In this document: piece by piece, positions 39,806 through 53,877 of the stretch
Layout: every line of letters starts with the position of its first letter
How positions within the stretch are numbered: the first letter of the stretch is position 1
Assembly (NCBI RefSeq): GCF_006345805.1
Contig: NC_042997.1
Location: forward strand, 42,036,001-42,100,000
DNA from: Octopus sinensis
Lineage: Eukaryota
Length of the DNA stretch: 64,000 bases
Reading direction: 5' to 3'
Position numbers and translations under genes: made by a program
Notes under the pieces: model-generated
What the model was told of the DNA's origin: nothing
The model's input: the letters and a program-made list of their open reading frames with translations, nothing else
Database searches by the model: none

Positions 39806-41473
39806 GGATCGATTAGGAGTTCCGTTTTATTTTTCTGCTTGTTGTTGTTGTTGTTTACCCCCGGTCAGAAATAACCAAGCCGTATTTAATATTTATTCAA
39901 ATATGTTGTATCTAATGCAATATTATCTATTGCAATGTAGCGCGGGTATCACTAAACTGCATCCAGTCATGGAGATCCGGATCGGGTGTTCCAAGGTTTT
40001 GAAGAGTACGGAATCCCCTTTTAACCACTATTGTTTCCAAGTCTACTTTGACCCGAGGCAGTAACCCCTGTCTGAGTCCCAGCTGTGGGTTAAGTAGCAT
40101 ATGTGATGATGAGAGCGGAGATGCAACAATAACCTTGGACGCGCAGTAAAACCACTGGAAGTGACAGAGCCCTAGCTGTTGTCACACCATCCTTCTAGAA
40201 GAGGGACCCTCTGATGTAAAACCATTTGGTTTCATTGATTACTGGTCAATTCGATTCATTTGTCACCATAATCCTATTATTGCAATAAGAAAAGATACAT
40301 TGGATAATTGGGTCCTCGACGAATTTGGTTGAAAATGTAAATGGGATGGTCACAAGTAGAATGCATTTGATTATAGGTCAGCTAGATTTTGCTGACTTGG
40401 GGCTAGGCAACAACAAAATTGATAATCTTCGATCCTAAAAAAAAGAAAAGCAAATAATCGCAAATAAAATCTCGCCTCTAGCTTTATCGCAGGCATGGTT
40501 ACCCATAAGATTTAGAGGTATATGGCATTCCACTGAACACTTGATAGAGATGAACATTTAACATATCGTATAATAAATTATATTTTTCTTTTAATCGTGT
40601 TATAAATGCTTGGAAATGTCAAGCAAGATATGGCTTCAGTAAATTTCTCTTCTTATTTCATATTTAATCATCAAATTGTATATATATACCAATTTCCGAA
40701 ACACCCAACATTAGATTAGTCACCCGTGTTATGATAGCAATTATTATTTGATAGTTTCTGTCAAAACATTCATTTACAATTATACACACATACATACTGA
40801 CATGCACGCAAGCACGCACGCATACACTCATACACTTGCGCACCATGCAAAGCAATGGAGAAGATTTTCTCTTTCAAGTCTGTTGTGTGGTAATTTTGCC
40901 CCAAGTTCTTTCAAATTTGTGAATCATCCTTTCCACCCCACTTCTTTGTATAGTTAAAACGGTAACAATTTTCTGGAATGTCGCCCCATCCATCAAAAGA
41001 GTTTCCAATACCCATTCTCACGATTTTGTCCAAATATTTATTTTCATCTTTATGTTCCGGGCTTGAATGTTAATCAGTTATTGGTCCTGTCTATGTTTTT
41101 CTGACGCTAAATTCTACATGATCAATTAATGCATAAGGCTAACATTTAAGAAAAGTTTTGTAAAATTTTAGTATCTGACCCTACGGTTAAGTCATTAGCA
41201 TAAGCTATATCTATTAGGACTAGATAACCAGGATACTGATTTTGCGAGTTAAAATGTAATCAACTGAAGGATAGAGGATATAATTAAAACAGGGTATAAT
41301 TAAGCAAGGTACGGGAGTGCATTCTTGTAAAACACCAGCAAAATGTTTGTAAAGAAATCTGCAATGGTGTTCATCTCGATCGAAGTAGTAGGACATGCAT
41401 ATCTCTTCAACTCAAAGAGCTCTACAAGTAGAAGTCTTATTCCTGACATGTCTAAGTAAGCCAAGATCTAGAG

Positions 41474-41665
41474 CATGCATGGGCAACCTGCGGCCCTCGA
41501 TGAGTTTCTAGATTATTAATTTCATACTAAGATAAATAAAATTAAGAAGAACTGCAAAAAATTGAGCAAGTAATATTTCATGCATATGTGTTTTATCATG
41601 CGGCCCTCTCCCACTTGGAAATGGTATGATGCGGCCCCAAGTTGACGAAAAATTGCCCATCCCTG
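41474..41665. mobile_element. hAT (Charlie-type) MITE, 192 bp
   Basis: TIR CATGCATGGGCAA / TTGCCCATCCCTG; TSD ATCTAGAG (41466-73) / GTCTAGAG (41666-73), fitting the NTCTAGAN target. Confidence 0.85.
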
Positions 41666-42211
41666 GTCTAGAGCTAGGGATTAGACTGAATGAGAGTCAC
41701 CATCCGAAAACTTGCGATGCAGCGTGGCAGAATTATATCTTCGAGAGAGGAATCGATTAAGCAATAATTAACGGGGAAATTTTGACGACAGAATCTTAAT
41801 GGGATGTCACTTTCTGAGAATTCTTGATTGATGAGAGCAATTATCTCTCCTTGTTTGAAGTTGCTTTAAATTACCACTTAGCTATTGTTTACGATCACTG
41901 GAAACGGAGGTACTTTCATAAAGCCAATAGTTTATCTTGTATCGTTTTCGTCTTTTTCCTTCAAATATATTTCATTTGCCAAGCTACAGACAACTACCAA
42001 AGTGTATTCTAATCGAAATTAGTAAGACAGATTAAAAAACGAAGTACTTTTCGCCTGACGAGGTACATCTACATCAAAGATGTACCACAACTGTTTGTAC
42101 AGCATCTCACTCGCGAGAGATCGATGCACGATGGGTCGAAACGATCGGAGTAGTTAATAAAGGAACTCGTGAATTCTTTGTGTGTATATGTGTAATACAT
42201 ACATACATACA

Positions 42212-42243
<32 letters not shown>

Positions 42244-42266
42244 ACATACACCACACACACACACAC

Positions 42267-42313
<47 letters not shown>

Positions 42314-42337
42314 TATATATATACATATATTAATTAT

Positions 42338-42400
<63 letters not shown>

Positions 42401-42413
42401 ATATATATATTAA

Positions 42414-42641
42414 GGCGGCGAACTGGCAGAATCGTTAGCACGTCGGGCGAATGCTTAGCGGTATTGATCTGCCGCTACGTTCTGAGTTCAAATTCCGCCG
42501 AGGTCGATTTGCCTTTCATCCTTTCGGGGTCGATAAATAAAGTACCAGTTTCGCACTGGGGTCGATGTAATCGACTTAATCCCTTTGTCTGTCCTTGTTT
42601 GTCCCTTCTATGTTTAGCCCCTTGAGGGCAATAAAGAAATA
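42414..42641 (+). mobile_element. Full-length SINE family C
   Basis: Complete head to AATAAAGAAATA end, between TA tracts. Confidence 0.9.
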
Positions 42642-43281
42642 TATATATATATATATATATAAAATAATATATGTATGTATACGTATGTATACACATGTAT
42701 ATGTACGCGTATATATTTCATATATTTATGTACGTATATGTATATATTTGTGTGTGTACTTGTGCATGTATGTATACACACACAAACTACACATACACGC
42801 AAATACCCACTCAGAACAAAGACGAACATATACGAACCTCCTTAATATACTTTTTTTTTGCTGTATTTTAAGAAAACTTACAAACTAGATAGTTTCAAAC
42901 TGGGAATATATACTACTACTACTACCACCTTTTAAACAGTTTACAGACGACCACCAGATGTGATGCAGATGACTCTAGTTGCTGTCGCTTTTCTACGCAT
43001 TATATTAAGTTATCACAGTCGTTTGAAAACGGCTGTTAACTTCATAAAAAGTGTCGTCACTTCATTTGTTGCTTTTCCTCCCATTTTATAAATAAGAAAC
43101 TGAAGTTGTAATTCGATTGGTTTCAGATGGTGTGGAAAATCTAAACCAAACTGTCTCGTAAGTCAGCAAAAGTTTGACAACTTATCAGACCTTTTGATGC
43201 AAATTATTCATAGCTTTATTTACTTCGAGAACCACCGTTCTTATAAGGAATTATTTCTAAATTTAAGACGTCAACATTATA

Positions 43282-44162
43282 CAGGGTGTTCGGGTTAAAT
43301 TTGACAGTTTGCATAAAAAGAAAAGAACACACAAAATACCACCCAAAAGGGAAAAGTATTTCGAAAACTTTTCTAAATATTAAGAAGTTTATAGGTGGGA
43401 AGTAACAGTCTACTCAAAGTAGCTGCCCTTAACTTCTACCTGTGGCCTCAGGACGCCTCTGAAACCTGATGAATGTGTTCCTCGTTGTATCCCTGGGAAG
43501 ATATTTGAATATCTCTTTGATCATGGCTTCCATCTCAGCCTTGGTGTTGCAGTCAGAGCAGTTGGTGTTTTACTGAATCGCGCTAAACACATAATAACCC
43601 ATGGCATTACAACCAGGGGAATTAGAAGGCCAGAAATTGGAGTTTATGAAGTCGTAAAAATTCTCCTAGAACCACTTTTGACTCTTTCCGGAAGTATTGC
43701 AAGAGCCGAATCCGTCTGCTACATATATGGGCTTCAAGCAACAACCCTCTCCAGGCAGGGATTGACCACAGTCCGCAGCAGATTCACGTTGCCGTCTGAA
43801 TTGAGCTTAAGGCCCTTTTTAAAGATGTGAGGCGGCATGACGTTGCCCACCCAAAGACCATCATAGCTCGGGGAAAATTTAGTTTTCATGATGTCCATGT
43901 CACATCATACAGCCGTTACAGTGTTCACAGAGCATTGAGCAATGGTCATGGTGTCAGCATTTTGATACCTCGCACGAATCATCATAACACAGGTAACTCT
44001 TTTCAATATTCAGATGCATTCCGGCGCTCCATTCCAGCTAACTTCTTCTCATGCATAACTTTAATCTGTATACTCTCCAATGCTGTTGACTGTTCATCAA
44101 TACATGGAGCGGTTCCAGAGAAAAGGAGACACAAAAATCGTCTAATTCATTCTAGCACCCAG
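43282..44162 (-). mobile_element. Tc1/mariner relic of DD37D (maT-like) type with degenerate TIRs, TA-flanked
   Basis: Minus strand GNVMPPHIF, KPY.(Q)TDSA (FQQDSAP-like), FWPSNSP, SEASEA/FQRRLE-like end; TIRs CAGGGTGTTCGG and CTGGGTGCTAGA. Confidence 0.7.
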
Positions 44163-44236
<74 letters not shown>

Positions 44237-44371
44237 CATATATACATACAGATATATATACATATATACATACATATTATATATATATATATATATATAT
44301 AAATATAATATATATATATATAATACACATATATATATATATATATACTATATATAATATATATAATATAC

Positions 44372-44417
<46 letters not shown>

Positions 44418-44430
44418 ATATATATATAGC

Positions 44431-44462
<32 letters not shown>

Positions 44463-44468
44463 ATATAT

Positions 44469-44512
<44 letters not shown>

Positions 44513-44595
44513 CATATAAATATATGTATATATATATAATGTATATATATATATATAGATATATATATATGTATATATATATATGTATATATATG
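44163..44595. repeat. Long imperfect (TA)n tract
   Basis: Directly visible. Confidence 0.95.
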
Positions 44596-44600
44596 TGTGT

Positions 44601-45340
44601 ATTAATAAAAGGAATTCCAGCCTTGTCTGATTTTCACGTTTTATTTACAATTTATAAATGATATACTATTAGATAATATAATATAATAAAATAAAATAAT
44701 AGAATGTTAATGTTCATTCTGATTGAACTAGTACTTCATGCATTAAATTCTGCAATCTTCAGGTTCATGTAGTAGTGGTGACAGTCATGCTTCACAATTT
44801 TTGGACTGTAGCGAGATGGTTAAATCTGTGCCTTAAATACACCTGTGTAGGCTCCAGATTGTTAGGTTTTGCAAACTGTATTCTGACCAATCAGTGTGTA
44901 GTATCACTCAATTACTAAGCTGATTGGGTTAGGCGTCACGCTTTGTTGAACATGTCAAGAGTCCCGTATCTTAACCCTGGCCGAGGCAGCAATGTTGGGC
45001 TATTTTTAGAAATGTTGTAAATAGCCTTTGTCAGGGATTTTATATTTCAATTGTCATCATCATCATTGTCAGCACCTTAATTATTGTTGCTAGTGGTTGA
45101 TGGTGGTGGCAATAAGAACTTTTAACCCTAAATAAGATAATTTCCCTGCTATCTCATCTTGATCACCTTTAGTATGTTGTTGTTGTTAGTGGTCATGGTC
45201 GTAGCAGTAGAGTAGTACCTTAAGTATTATTATTATTGCTTATTTAGCTTGGGTTCGAATTATCAATATTATATTATATCATTATAAGAATTATAAATAA
45301 AACGTGAAAATCAGACAAGGTTGGAATTCCTTTTATTAAT
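44601..45340. mobile_element. Fold-back element with 51-bp inverted arms, between TA tracts
   Basis: Arms 44601-51 and 45290-340 with 2 mismatches; ~640-bp spacer containing a hammerhead-like motif. Confidence 0.8.
44724..44767 (-). ncRNA. Near-intact minimal hammerhead ribozyme
   Basis: Minus strand TGAAC-CTGAAGA-T-TGCA-gaatttaa-TGCA-T-GAA-GTAC-TA/GTTCA. Helix I 5 bp, helix II 4 bp, palindromic helix III; one A missing from GAAA. Confidence 0.55.
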
Positions 45341-45369
45341 ATTAATCTATACACAATCAGAACACCCGT

Positions 45370-45429
<60 letters not shown>

Positions 45430-45500
45430 TATATATATATAGATATATATATATATATATATATATATGTATTTAATACTATATATATATATATATATAT

Positions 45501-45741
45501 AAAAAAAAGGAAATGAAGAAATGCTGACAAAATAATTTAAGTAATTTAAGTAATTTAATTAGCTGAAAGTTCTTTTTACCGGTTGCACATTTGTTATGCT
45601 TATCAAAAGTTTCTTCCTCTTTAAGAGAAAAAACTTTTGATAAGCATAAACCAATGCGCAACCGGTAAAAAGAACTTTCACCTAATTAAATTACTTAAAT
45701 ACTTAAATTATTTTGTCAGCAGTTTCTTCATTTCCTTTTTT
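45501..45741. repeat. ~240-bp imperfect hairpin adjacent to (TA)n
   Basis: AAAGGAAATGAAGAAATGCTGACAAAATAATTTAAG...ATCAAAAGTTT is mirrored around CTCTTTAAGAG (~45621). Confidence 0.92.
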
Positions 45742-46572
45742 ATAATCACAACTCGTGTTCCACATCTCCTTTTTTAAATATATATATATATATATATATA
45801 ATATATATATTATATATATATTATATATGTATATGTATATACATTATATATGTATATGTATATATATATATGTGTTTATGTATGTATATATATATATATG
45901 TATGTATGTATATATAATGTGTATGTATGTGTGCATGTATATGTATGTATGTGTGTTTGTATGTATGTATATGTGCTAAGATGTATCTATATTTTGTTAG
46001 GCCATCTGATCACCACTGACAGAAACACAGTCTTCTTTATGTAGACATTCATGTACACAAGTCTAAATGTAGAATTATATTTTAATATATATTATCTTTT
46101 ATGCTGATGTTGGATGATGTTATTTTGGGTATGAATGAATCATTGGTTCTGTGTGGGAAAGTACTTCCAAAATTGGTTCAACATGTCGTTGTAATATACT
46201 AAATATACTCAAATCAGGACACTCTAGTACAACCTCTACTACAGTCATTTCCTTTCATTGAAGACTTTTACAAAATCGTACGAGTAAATGTGTTAATAAT
46301 TGTAGCAGTTCTATAAAAACCCGAGTCTATGCATTTGTTCACTGAATTTATATTATCCTTATACCTGACTGGACCATGAATATCTGTCTTTCTCCACCCC
46401 ATCTCCTCTCTTTCACCGACATCCACACGTATAAATGGCCGGTTCTGTATTATGAATCTCTATAAATTATTTGAGTCAGAAAAAAACTGAACATCACAGC
46501 TTAATATTTTTTAAAATATGACTTTTGAGATATTCAAGGTTCAGTGTAGCAGTGCTTTTTGTAACAAAGCAA

Positions 46573-46803
46573 TTACTCTTTACTCTTTTACTCTTTTACT
46601 TGTTTCAGTCATTTGACTGCGGCCATGCTGGAGCACCACCTTTAGTCAAGCAAATCGACCCCAGGACTTATTCTTTGTAAGCCCAGTACTTATTCTATCG
46701 GTCTCTTTTGCCGAACCGCTAAGTGACGGGGACGTAAAAACACCAGCATCGGTTGTCAGGCAATGCTAGGGGGACAAACACAGACACACAAACACATACA
46801 CAC

Positions 46804-46837
<34 letters not shown>

Positions 46838-47000
46838 GACAGGTTTCTTTCAGTTTCCGTCTACCAAATCCACTCACAAGGCATTGGTCGGCCCGAGGCT
46901 ATAGCAGAAGACACTTGCCCAAGATGCCACGCAGTGGGACTGAACCCGGAACCATGTGGTTGGTTAGCAAGCTACTTACCACACAGCCACTCCTGCGCCT
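46573..47000 (-). mobile_element. Full-length SINE family D (tRNA head, CORE-like domain, internal CA/TA microsatellite, 3' body)
   Basis: Minus strand AGGCGCAGGAGTGGCTGTGTGG, GGGTTCAGTCCC, GGCATCTTGGGCAAGTGTCTT (CORE-like), (TAAAAGAG)n-like tail. Confidence 0.88.
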
Positions 47001-47219
47001 ATGAATATTTTTATCTCTGAATATTTTCAAATATTTTTCTTCTCCGGAATTGGTTTGAATTCAAGCTTCTGCCCACTTTTTTCCTGCAGATATTGAGACA
47101 TCAATCTTATTAGTCACACATGTGTAAGGAGTGCTGCACATGTCATAAAAATTAACTCGCTCCTTTAACTTATTTAGAATATGATAGAAAATATAAAGAA
47201 GTAGAAAAAATCAAACTCA

Positions 47220-47257
<38 letters not shown>

Positions 47258-47283
47258 ACACACACACACACACACACGCACAC

Positions 47284-47318
<35 letters not shown>

Positions 47319-47914
47319 GTGCAAGAGTTTGTAACTTTACTCACTACCAAAATGCTTGAGAGACAAGGGGGCCTCTGTGAGGTTTACGACCTGCTAGAAA
47401 TATTAACCAAATCTGCCTGAAACCTAACAGGCCATCTTAGGAAATAATATATTGAGTAATGTAATTTGAAAGGACACTTTAGTAGAAAAAAATGTGTTGG
47501 TCATGGCTGGAAATGTCTTTCAATCATATGCCTGCTTAATAAAGAGAAGCGACTTGGGGCTAAGAAATAAACAACTCGTCTAGAAAAGACAGATCCAAGT
47601 AGTTAGGATCCTGTTGATTTGTCTGTTGTTATTGTTACTATCAAGTTTAAACATCAAAACATTTTATATCTGTCATGTTTTATTGCAGCAGACAGTAAAC
47701 CGAAGATAGATTGAATTAAAAAAAAAAAAAGAAAAAAGAAAGAAAATTGTCTGTAAACTTCAATACTGTTTGGAAGATCTTGTTGCTGATAATGAACAAG
47801 GAGCTTGGCAAATGACAGCAAATTGTATACCATTTCACTTATAATGTAACACTCCTTATTTTTCGAGCATGTTCCGGAGTATTCGAGCGGTTCCAAATGA
47901 GGAAAAAATCAATA

Positions 47915-48185
47915 TGAGAGGTATAGCAAAAATAGAAATGTACCGGAACCTAGCCGTTGAATTGCAGAGACTACGTGTGGGTAAAATGTATCCCAGTTGT
48001 TATAGCTGCATTGGGAAACATCCCTAAAGATCTGAACAGATGGATAGAGGAAATAGGCATAAAACCCAGCTTATTGCAACTCCAGAAAACAGCGTTATTA
48101 GGGACAGCTGGGATACTTAGGAGGGTTCTTGACATCTAAGTTTACTTGTAACTTGTAACAGTCTAATCTATTGTGCGTATATGAA

Positions 48186-48258
<73 letters not shown>
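47915..48258 (+). mobile_element. R4/Dong-like 3' end followed by (TAA)n
   Basis: MYRNLAVELQRL, CIPVVIAALGNIPKDL, LQKTALLGTAGILRRVLDI*, then (AAT)n at 48186-258. Confidence 0.8.
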
Positions 48259-48859
48259 TGTCATCAAAGTGACACTAGGGTACAAATATTCGAAGCCCAA
48301 TAAACCCATCATGACTACCCGTCTGATAAAGGTACACCAAGCACATACATCACAACCATATGTGTGCGATATGATGATTCATATCAAGATAAACAGCACA
48401 GGACCTTGCAGGTGGGGTACAGTTAGAATTTTCTTCAGGTTGAGTAGCTCATCCCGCTCAAAAGGTCCCAGGATAATGGTTGATTCAGTATTTTGAACAA
48501 AACACCCATATTTCCAGAGGGGAATTATTCAAACTCCAAAGAATTCCTATCAGCACATTGCTATGATGCTCCCACTACTCTTGCTCGTGATCAGAGATGC
48601 ACATATCGTCAGCCACCAAGGGACATGCTCAACTGGTTACGGTCAAACAACTGACAAGCAAATCTATGGTATTGAGCAGATCTGTGGTACTGAGCAGAAT
48701 ATTTGCTGTAGACCATATTTTACATCAAGACAAAATACGTACACTTCCAATCAGTTGAGAGCCGAAGCCATGAATTCACTACTTGTTACTGCATATTATT
48801 ACATGTTAATGAGGGTCTCTCCGAATTATAAGAGTCTCTCCGAATTATAAAAATCTTCT

Positions 48860-49000
48860 GAGTTCAAATTCCGCCGAGGACAACTTTGCCTTTCATCTTT
48901 TCAGGATCGATAAAGTAACTACCAGTTGAACGCTGGGGTTGATGTGATAAACTCATCCCCACCTCCCCCAACCTGCCCTTGTGGCAAAAATTTGAAATAA
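48860..49000 (+). mobile_element. SINE family C, head-truncated
   Basis: TTCTGAGTTCAAATTCCGCCGAGG...GCCTTTCATC. Confidence 0.7.
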
Positions 49001-49029
49001 TAATGATTATAATGAAGAAATTTGCTTCC

Positions 49030-49150
49030 CAACTATTTAGCTCCGTGGTTAGTCCCACTGCGAGGCACCATGGATAAGTGTCTTCTACCATAGCCCCGAG
49101 CCAACCCTGTGAGCGATTTTGGTAGACGAAGACTGAATGAAGCCTGTCAT
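49030..49150 (+). mobile_element. SINE family D, partial
   Basis: GTCCCACTGCGAGGCACCATGGATAAGTGTCTTCTAC...GGTAGACG. Confidence 0.7.
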
Positions 49151-49527
49151 ACATGTACAATTGGCCTATCCAATTGCGTTACACTGCTAAATCTAGCGGG
49201 TATTTAAACGATTTGTTCGTGGTTGGTTAGAGGGTTAGATGTGGTGCTGAAGAAGAAGCAATAATTACTGAAATATGCATATACACCCATTACCCATATT
49301 TGCTATCTTCGATTGCATTCTCTAGATACAAGTATTCATATACGAAACGTTGTAGCTCTCAGTGCTGGCTCTAAATTCTGTAGCATATCTGTAGAGATTA
49401 CTTCAAAAAGTGACATATATATATATTATGCACACATATACATACATAATCACACAAATATATATGTATGTGTGTGTGTGCATTTAAATGCGTATATATA
49501 TATATATATATATATATCGCAGTGAAA

Positions 49528-49561
<34 letters not shown>

Positions 49562-49565
<4 letters not shown>

Positions 49566-49695
49566 CGGGAAAGTTTACGAAAATAAACGAAAGACGAACG
49601 CAGGTGGAGTACAAACAAAGAAATGTATTAGTATAGCGCTCAGGAATAGAAATAGAAAAAAGTCTTTTACGTTTCGAGCCTACGCTCTTCGGCAG
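49562..49695 (-). mobile_element. Short (TA)n-abutting element beginning with a variant hammerhead core
   Basis: Minus strand CTGCCGA-A-GAGC-GTAG-GCTC-GAAA-CG-TA/AAAGAC, then ~100 nt to (TA)n. Confidence 0.5.
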
Positions 49696-50414
49696 CTTTT
49701 GCATATTCTGGCAGAGAAGGAACATTGCTTATAAACTACGGACCCAAACTGTAATTGGACAATCCTTGAAGGAATGAGCAGAGACTCTTTGTCGGGAACG
49801 CAGTAAGGGAAATTAAAAGATAGATTTTCAGAGATGCTATAGGCTTTTATGCTAATAGCAAGGTATTAACATAATACAACTGGGTGCTGGAGTAAATTTT
49901 CAGCTAATCCAGGATACACACACGCACATACGAGCGCACACACACGCGTGTCTGTAAGTACATATTTATATATATTTATACTTATGATATACATATATAT
50001 ATACTTAAGCTTATAGACGTATGTATGTGCGTTTGTGTAGGTACATATGTACTGGTATGAATTTTATATATTTGCGCATATATACGCCTATGTATGAGTA
50101 CGCCCACGTGCATTTGTGTGCACATATATGTTCGCGTGTTTGCGCGCGTGTGTACGTGTGTGTGTCTATGTATAGGAGAAATATTAAAAAATACGGAAAT
50201 ATAATGAAAGTGTTTACTTCAATTCAAAATATAACTTTAAATGGCTTTTTTTCTTTTGTAATTTAAAAATACCATAGCAACAATAATCACGGATAGTTTC
50301 CTCTCGGTTTCCGTATAAAAGTTATGCATACATACATAGATACCTACATTTATGTATGCATATATCATGTATATATAGGTATACGTATAATGTATATATA
50401 CATATGTATATATA

Positions 50415-50495
<81 letters not shown>

Positions 50496-52079
50496 TAATA
50501 TATATATATATGTATTTATATACATATATATATATGTATATATTTGTTTTTGGTGTATTTATTCATTCTAAAGTGATCTTATGATGGTAACATGTGCTAT
50601 TCCATTTTCTTCGGATGGTTCAACGCTACATAATGGTAGAGAACTACCAACAGGAAGAGCCCAACACCAAGAGCATTAGCAAAAATGGCTAACTGAACGT
50701 CTGTGATCATTCTGTTAATTATAATTAATTAATTAATTAATTAATTATAATTAGCAATTAGCAAGGGTTGAGTCTTGATGTGAATCGTGGCTTTCTTTCT
50801 GGGAAGATTCGCATATATATATATATTATATATATATATACACACATACATATATATTTGTGTGATTATGTGGTACGTATGATTTACGTATCCTGCATGT
50901 TGCAAAAATATTGCAAAATAATCTTATCTGGAAAACATCTGAATGCAATATCTCGTCGTAAACTTTAGCATCACTGACATTAACATCGCTAGAAATTCGA
51001 TCTGCCCTTCCCATGGGACATATATTTTAGGGTTGGCTACAAAAGTATTAAATTGTGTTGGTGCATTTATGTGTTTACTTTTACTTACGTGTACGTGTTT
51101 GTGTATGCAAGAGAGACCCGTTAGTTTCCTTAAGCGTAGACATATGCGTTTATGCAAGTGCTGTTGAATCTATAAATATATGCATGTGTTTCATTTTCAG
51201 CTTTACGTATACGTCTATTTGTCCGTTGGATATCGTTTTGTGTGTACATGTGTGAGAGTGTTTGGATCAGTAGGTATATTATATGTATTATGTTACTGTG
51301 AAGCGAAGTGTCTCATGCGCATCAAATCGCAGCCCGACCGGTGAACAAGTAAAGCACATAAACTGTGTATGTGTGTTCGATAATGGCATAAATATTGTGA
51401 CTAACAGAAGATGTGCAGTTCCAATAGAACTAAAACAGAATGTAATCGAAGTTCAAATGTAACTTTAGAAAATATTTTGAAGGTAGAGCTAGAAATAATT
51501 TCTTCTGTGGAATTAACCTGCACACCTCAAGTATATTGTATGAACGATGCACAACAAAATACACAGTGCATGTATCACATTTTAAAGTTATCTCTATAGA
51601 TTTTCTATAATATTGACGTATAAGCCTTTAATAAATTTGGTAGTCTCTTACCGGCAATTTTTTTCTGTATGTAATTTGTGGGATCTAGTGTTTCTCATTC
51701 GCAAAATGAGCCCCCACCCCTTCATTTTGCTCAGATTGCTTTCAATTTTGGTGAAACGATGCAGCTCTGAATTTTGATTACGATCAATACTTTATCTCGT
51801 AAATAAAAGAATCTGATGTTATTTGGAATTAAATTTGGGAAATTTGGGTAATTTTAGCCAATCAACAGACAGCGTGGAATTAGCAACTTGTTACCATGAC
51901 ACCAGCACGCTGTGTTGAGGTTCACTGTTGTTTGTGCCGCTATGTCTATGTTGATTTCAACCGAGTGTTTTAATTTTTCTGTGCGTTAGTATATCGTTAT
52001 TTCTCCCTGTGTTTGTGAAATCTTCTACCCATGCCGTAAGGCTTCATTTCCACACATGCCTGTTTAATTTAATTTGTCC

Positions 52080-52373
52080 TTAGTCGAAAGACACCTGTTG
52101 TTATGTCCTGTTATTATTTTAATTTTTATTGTATTTGTGTAACGTCCGTTTCTTCCGTCCTTGTTTTTGTATATATTCGCTGCTTTCTTCCAAGGAATCT
52201 AATGCTCTTAGCTTAGTTTTTCCTTGGGGCTGGGCAGATTGGATTAATTTCAAGTATTATCAGCCGAAATTGCGAGGATAATCTGGTGCTTGACTGAGGA
52301 AAGAAAACTTCGAATGATCCGTCCTTGTTTTCTTTGTATCGTCTATCTGGATGCTTTGCTGTCCCATTTTGTT

Positions 52374-52374
<1 letters not shown>
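52080..52374 (+). mobile_element. Family P repeat, inverted relative to 52868-53222
   Basis: AGTCGAAAGACACCTGTTG...CAGCCGAAATTGCGAGGAT...GTCCCATTTTG then (TA)n. Confidence 0.6.
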
Positions 52375-52431
<57 letters not shown>

Positions 52432-52454
52432 ATATAATATATATATATATATAG

Positions 52455-52715
52455 GGACTGTGGTGGGGTGGCCAGATAACATTTTCAACTTCACTAGAAT
52501 GTTCCTGTGTGAATTCAGCTGTGTGAATTGGTGTACATTATCATCCTGAAAGATTGCGTTTCTTTCCGGAAACAGTTCCGCAACCATAAGATAAATTTGA
52601 TCAGATAAAATGCTTAAATAGTCTTGACTATTACTGCTGCCATGAACAGAAAGCATTGGACCGTCAGATTTCCAAGATATAGTTCCCTAGATCATCACTG
52701 ATCCTCCTCCAGTTA
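52455..52715 (-). pseudogene. Tc1 (DD34E) transposase fragment
   Basis: Minus strand GGSVMI*GTISW...GPM...YLSILSDQ...LFPERNAIFQDDN. Confidence 0.8.
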
Positions 52716-52772
52716 GAAGAAGGCAGTCTGGGTCAAATGCTTCTTTTGTCTTTCTCCACACTTATACTCGTA

Positions 52773-52867
<95 letters not shown>

Positions 52868-52869
<2 letters not shown>

Positions 52870-53222
52870 GAAAAATACAAACTGGGACAAGAACGTAAAA
52901 CATTTAGAAGACGATACAAAAAACACGGACGTGACATTCGAAGCCGTCAATCTTCAGTCAAGAACCGGATCATCCTAGCAATTTCGGCTGATTAATCTTG
53001 AGATCGCTCCGATCCGGCCAGCCCCAAGGAATAACTAAGCTACGAGTATTAGATTTCTTGGAAAAAGGATCGAATGTATACGAAACAGGGACAGAGAAAC
53101 GGACGATGCCACACGAATATAAAATACAAAAAAACAATAATAGTAAAAACAGGACAAAAACAGCGGGTGTCTTACGACTATAGACAGTACAACTTAGTTT
53201 AGCTGGCGTATTTTGGAAAAAA
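52868..53222 (-). mobile_element. Family P repeat
   Basis: Close match to 930-1283; directly after a long (TA)n. Confidence 0.6.
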
Positions 53223-53257
53223 AATGCCTTTTTTCCGGCAGACGATGACAACGATAT

Positions 53258-53319
<62 letters not shown>

Positions 53320-53599
53320 ATATATATATATATTATTATATATATATACATACATGCATATATATAATCTGTAAATACGACGATATTATTTTATAAACTT
53401 TAAGCGATCACCGTGTATTGAGACTACATATATATGAACTTATATATGCATTCACATATATATATGCACACACAAACACAGATAGACAGACAGACCAACA
53501 GATACTCTGCATGGTGCCTTAAAAAAACAGTGACCTAATTTTTTTCGTAGAGGACAAAAAGCAAACAAACAAACAAAGACGAACACACAAATGGAACAC

Positions 53600-53655
53600 T
53601 GCGTCGTAAACTTTAGCATCACTAACATCAATGTCGCTAGAAATTCGGTCTCGTT
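53600..53655. repeat. Short unclassified interspersed repeat, second copy at ~50953-51005
   Basis: CGTCGTAAACTTTAGCATCACT(G/A)ACAT(T/C)AA...CGCTAGAAATTCG occurs twice. Confidence 0.7.
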
Positions 53656-53877
53656 TTTCCATTTCACTTGTATTATATTTCTAAATACGCAAGACTCTAC
53701 CAGTGCAAGTTCATTTCTGCGTGGCCAGTGTGCACATGCATGAGCGTGTGAAAGAAGGAGGGGGTTATGACAGCTGTATACATATACATGCATGTATAGA
53801 TATCATTTTCTGGGAGAGCTTTGTTTGTATATGCATATATTTGTGTGTATATGTATGTGTGAGTGTACATACATATC

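Noticed and set aside
48260-48780. Probable common interspersed repeat
   Set aside because: Single copy in this window with no diagnostic ends or coding motifs, so it cannot be supported from the sequence alone.
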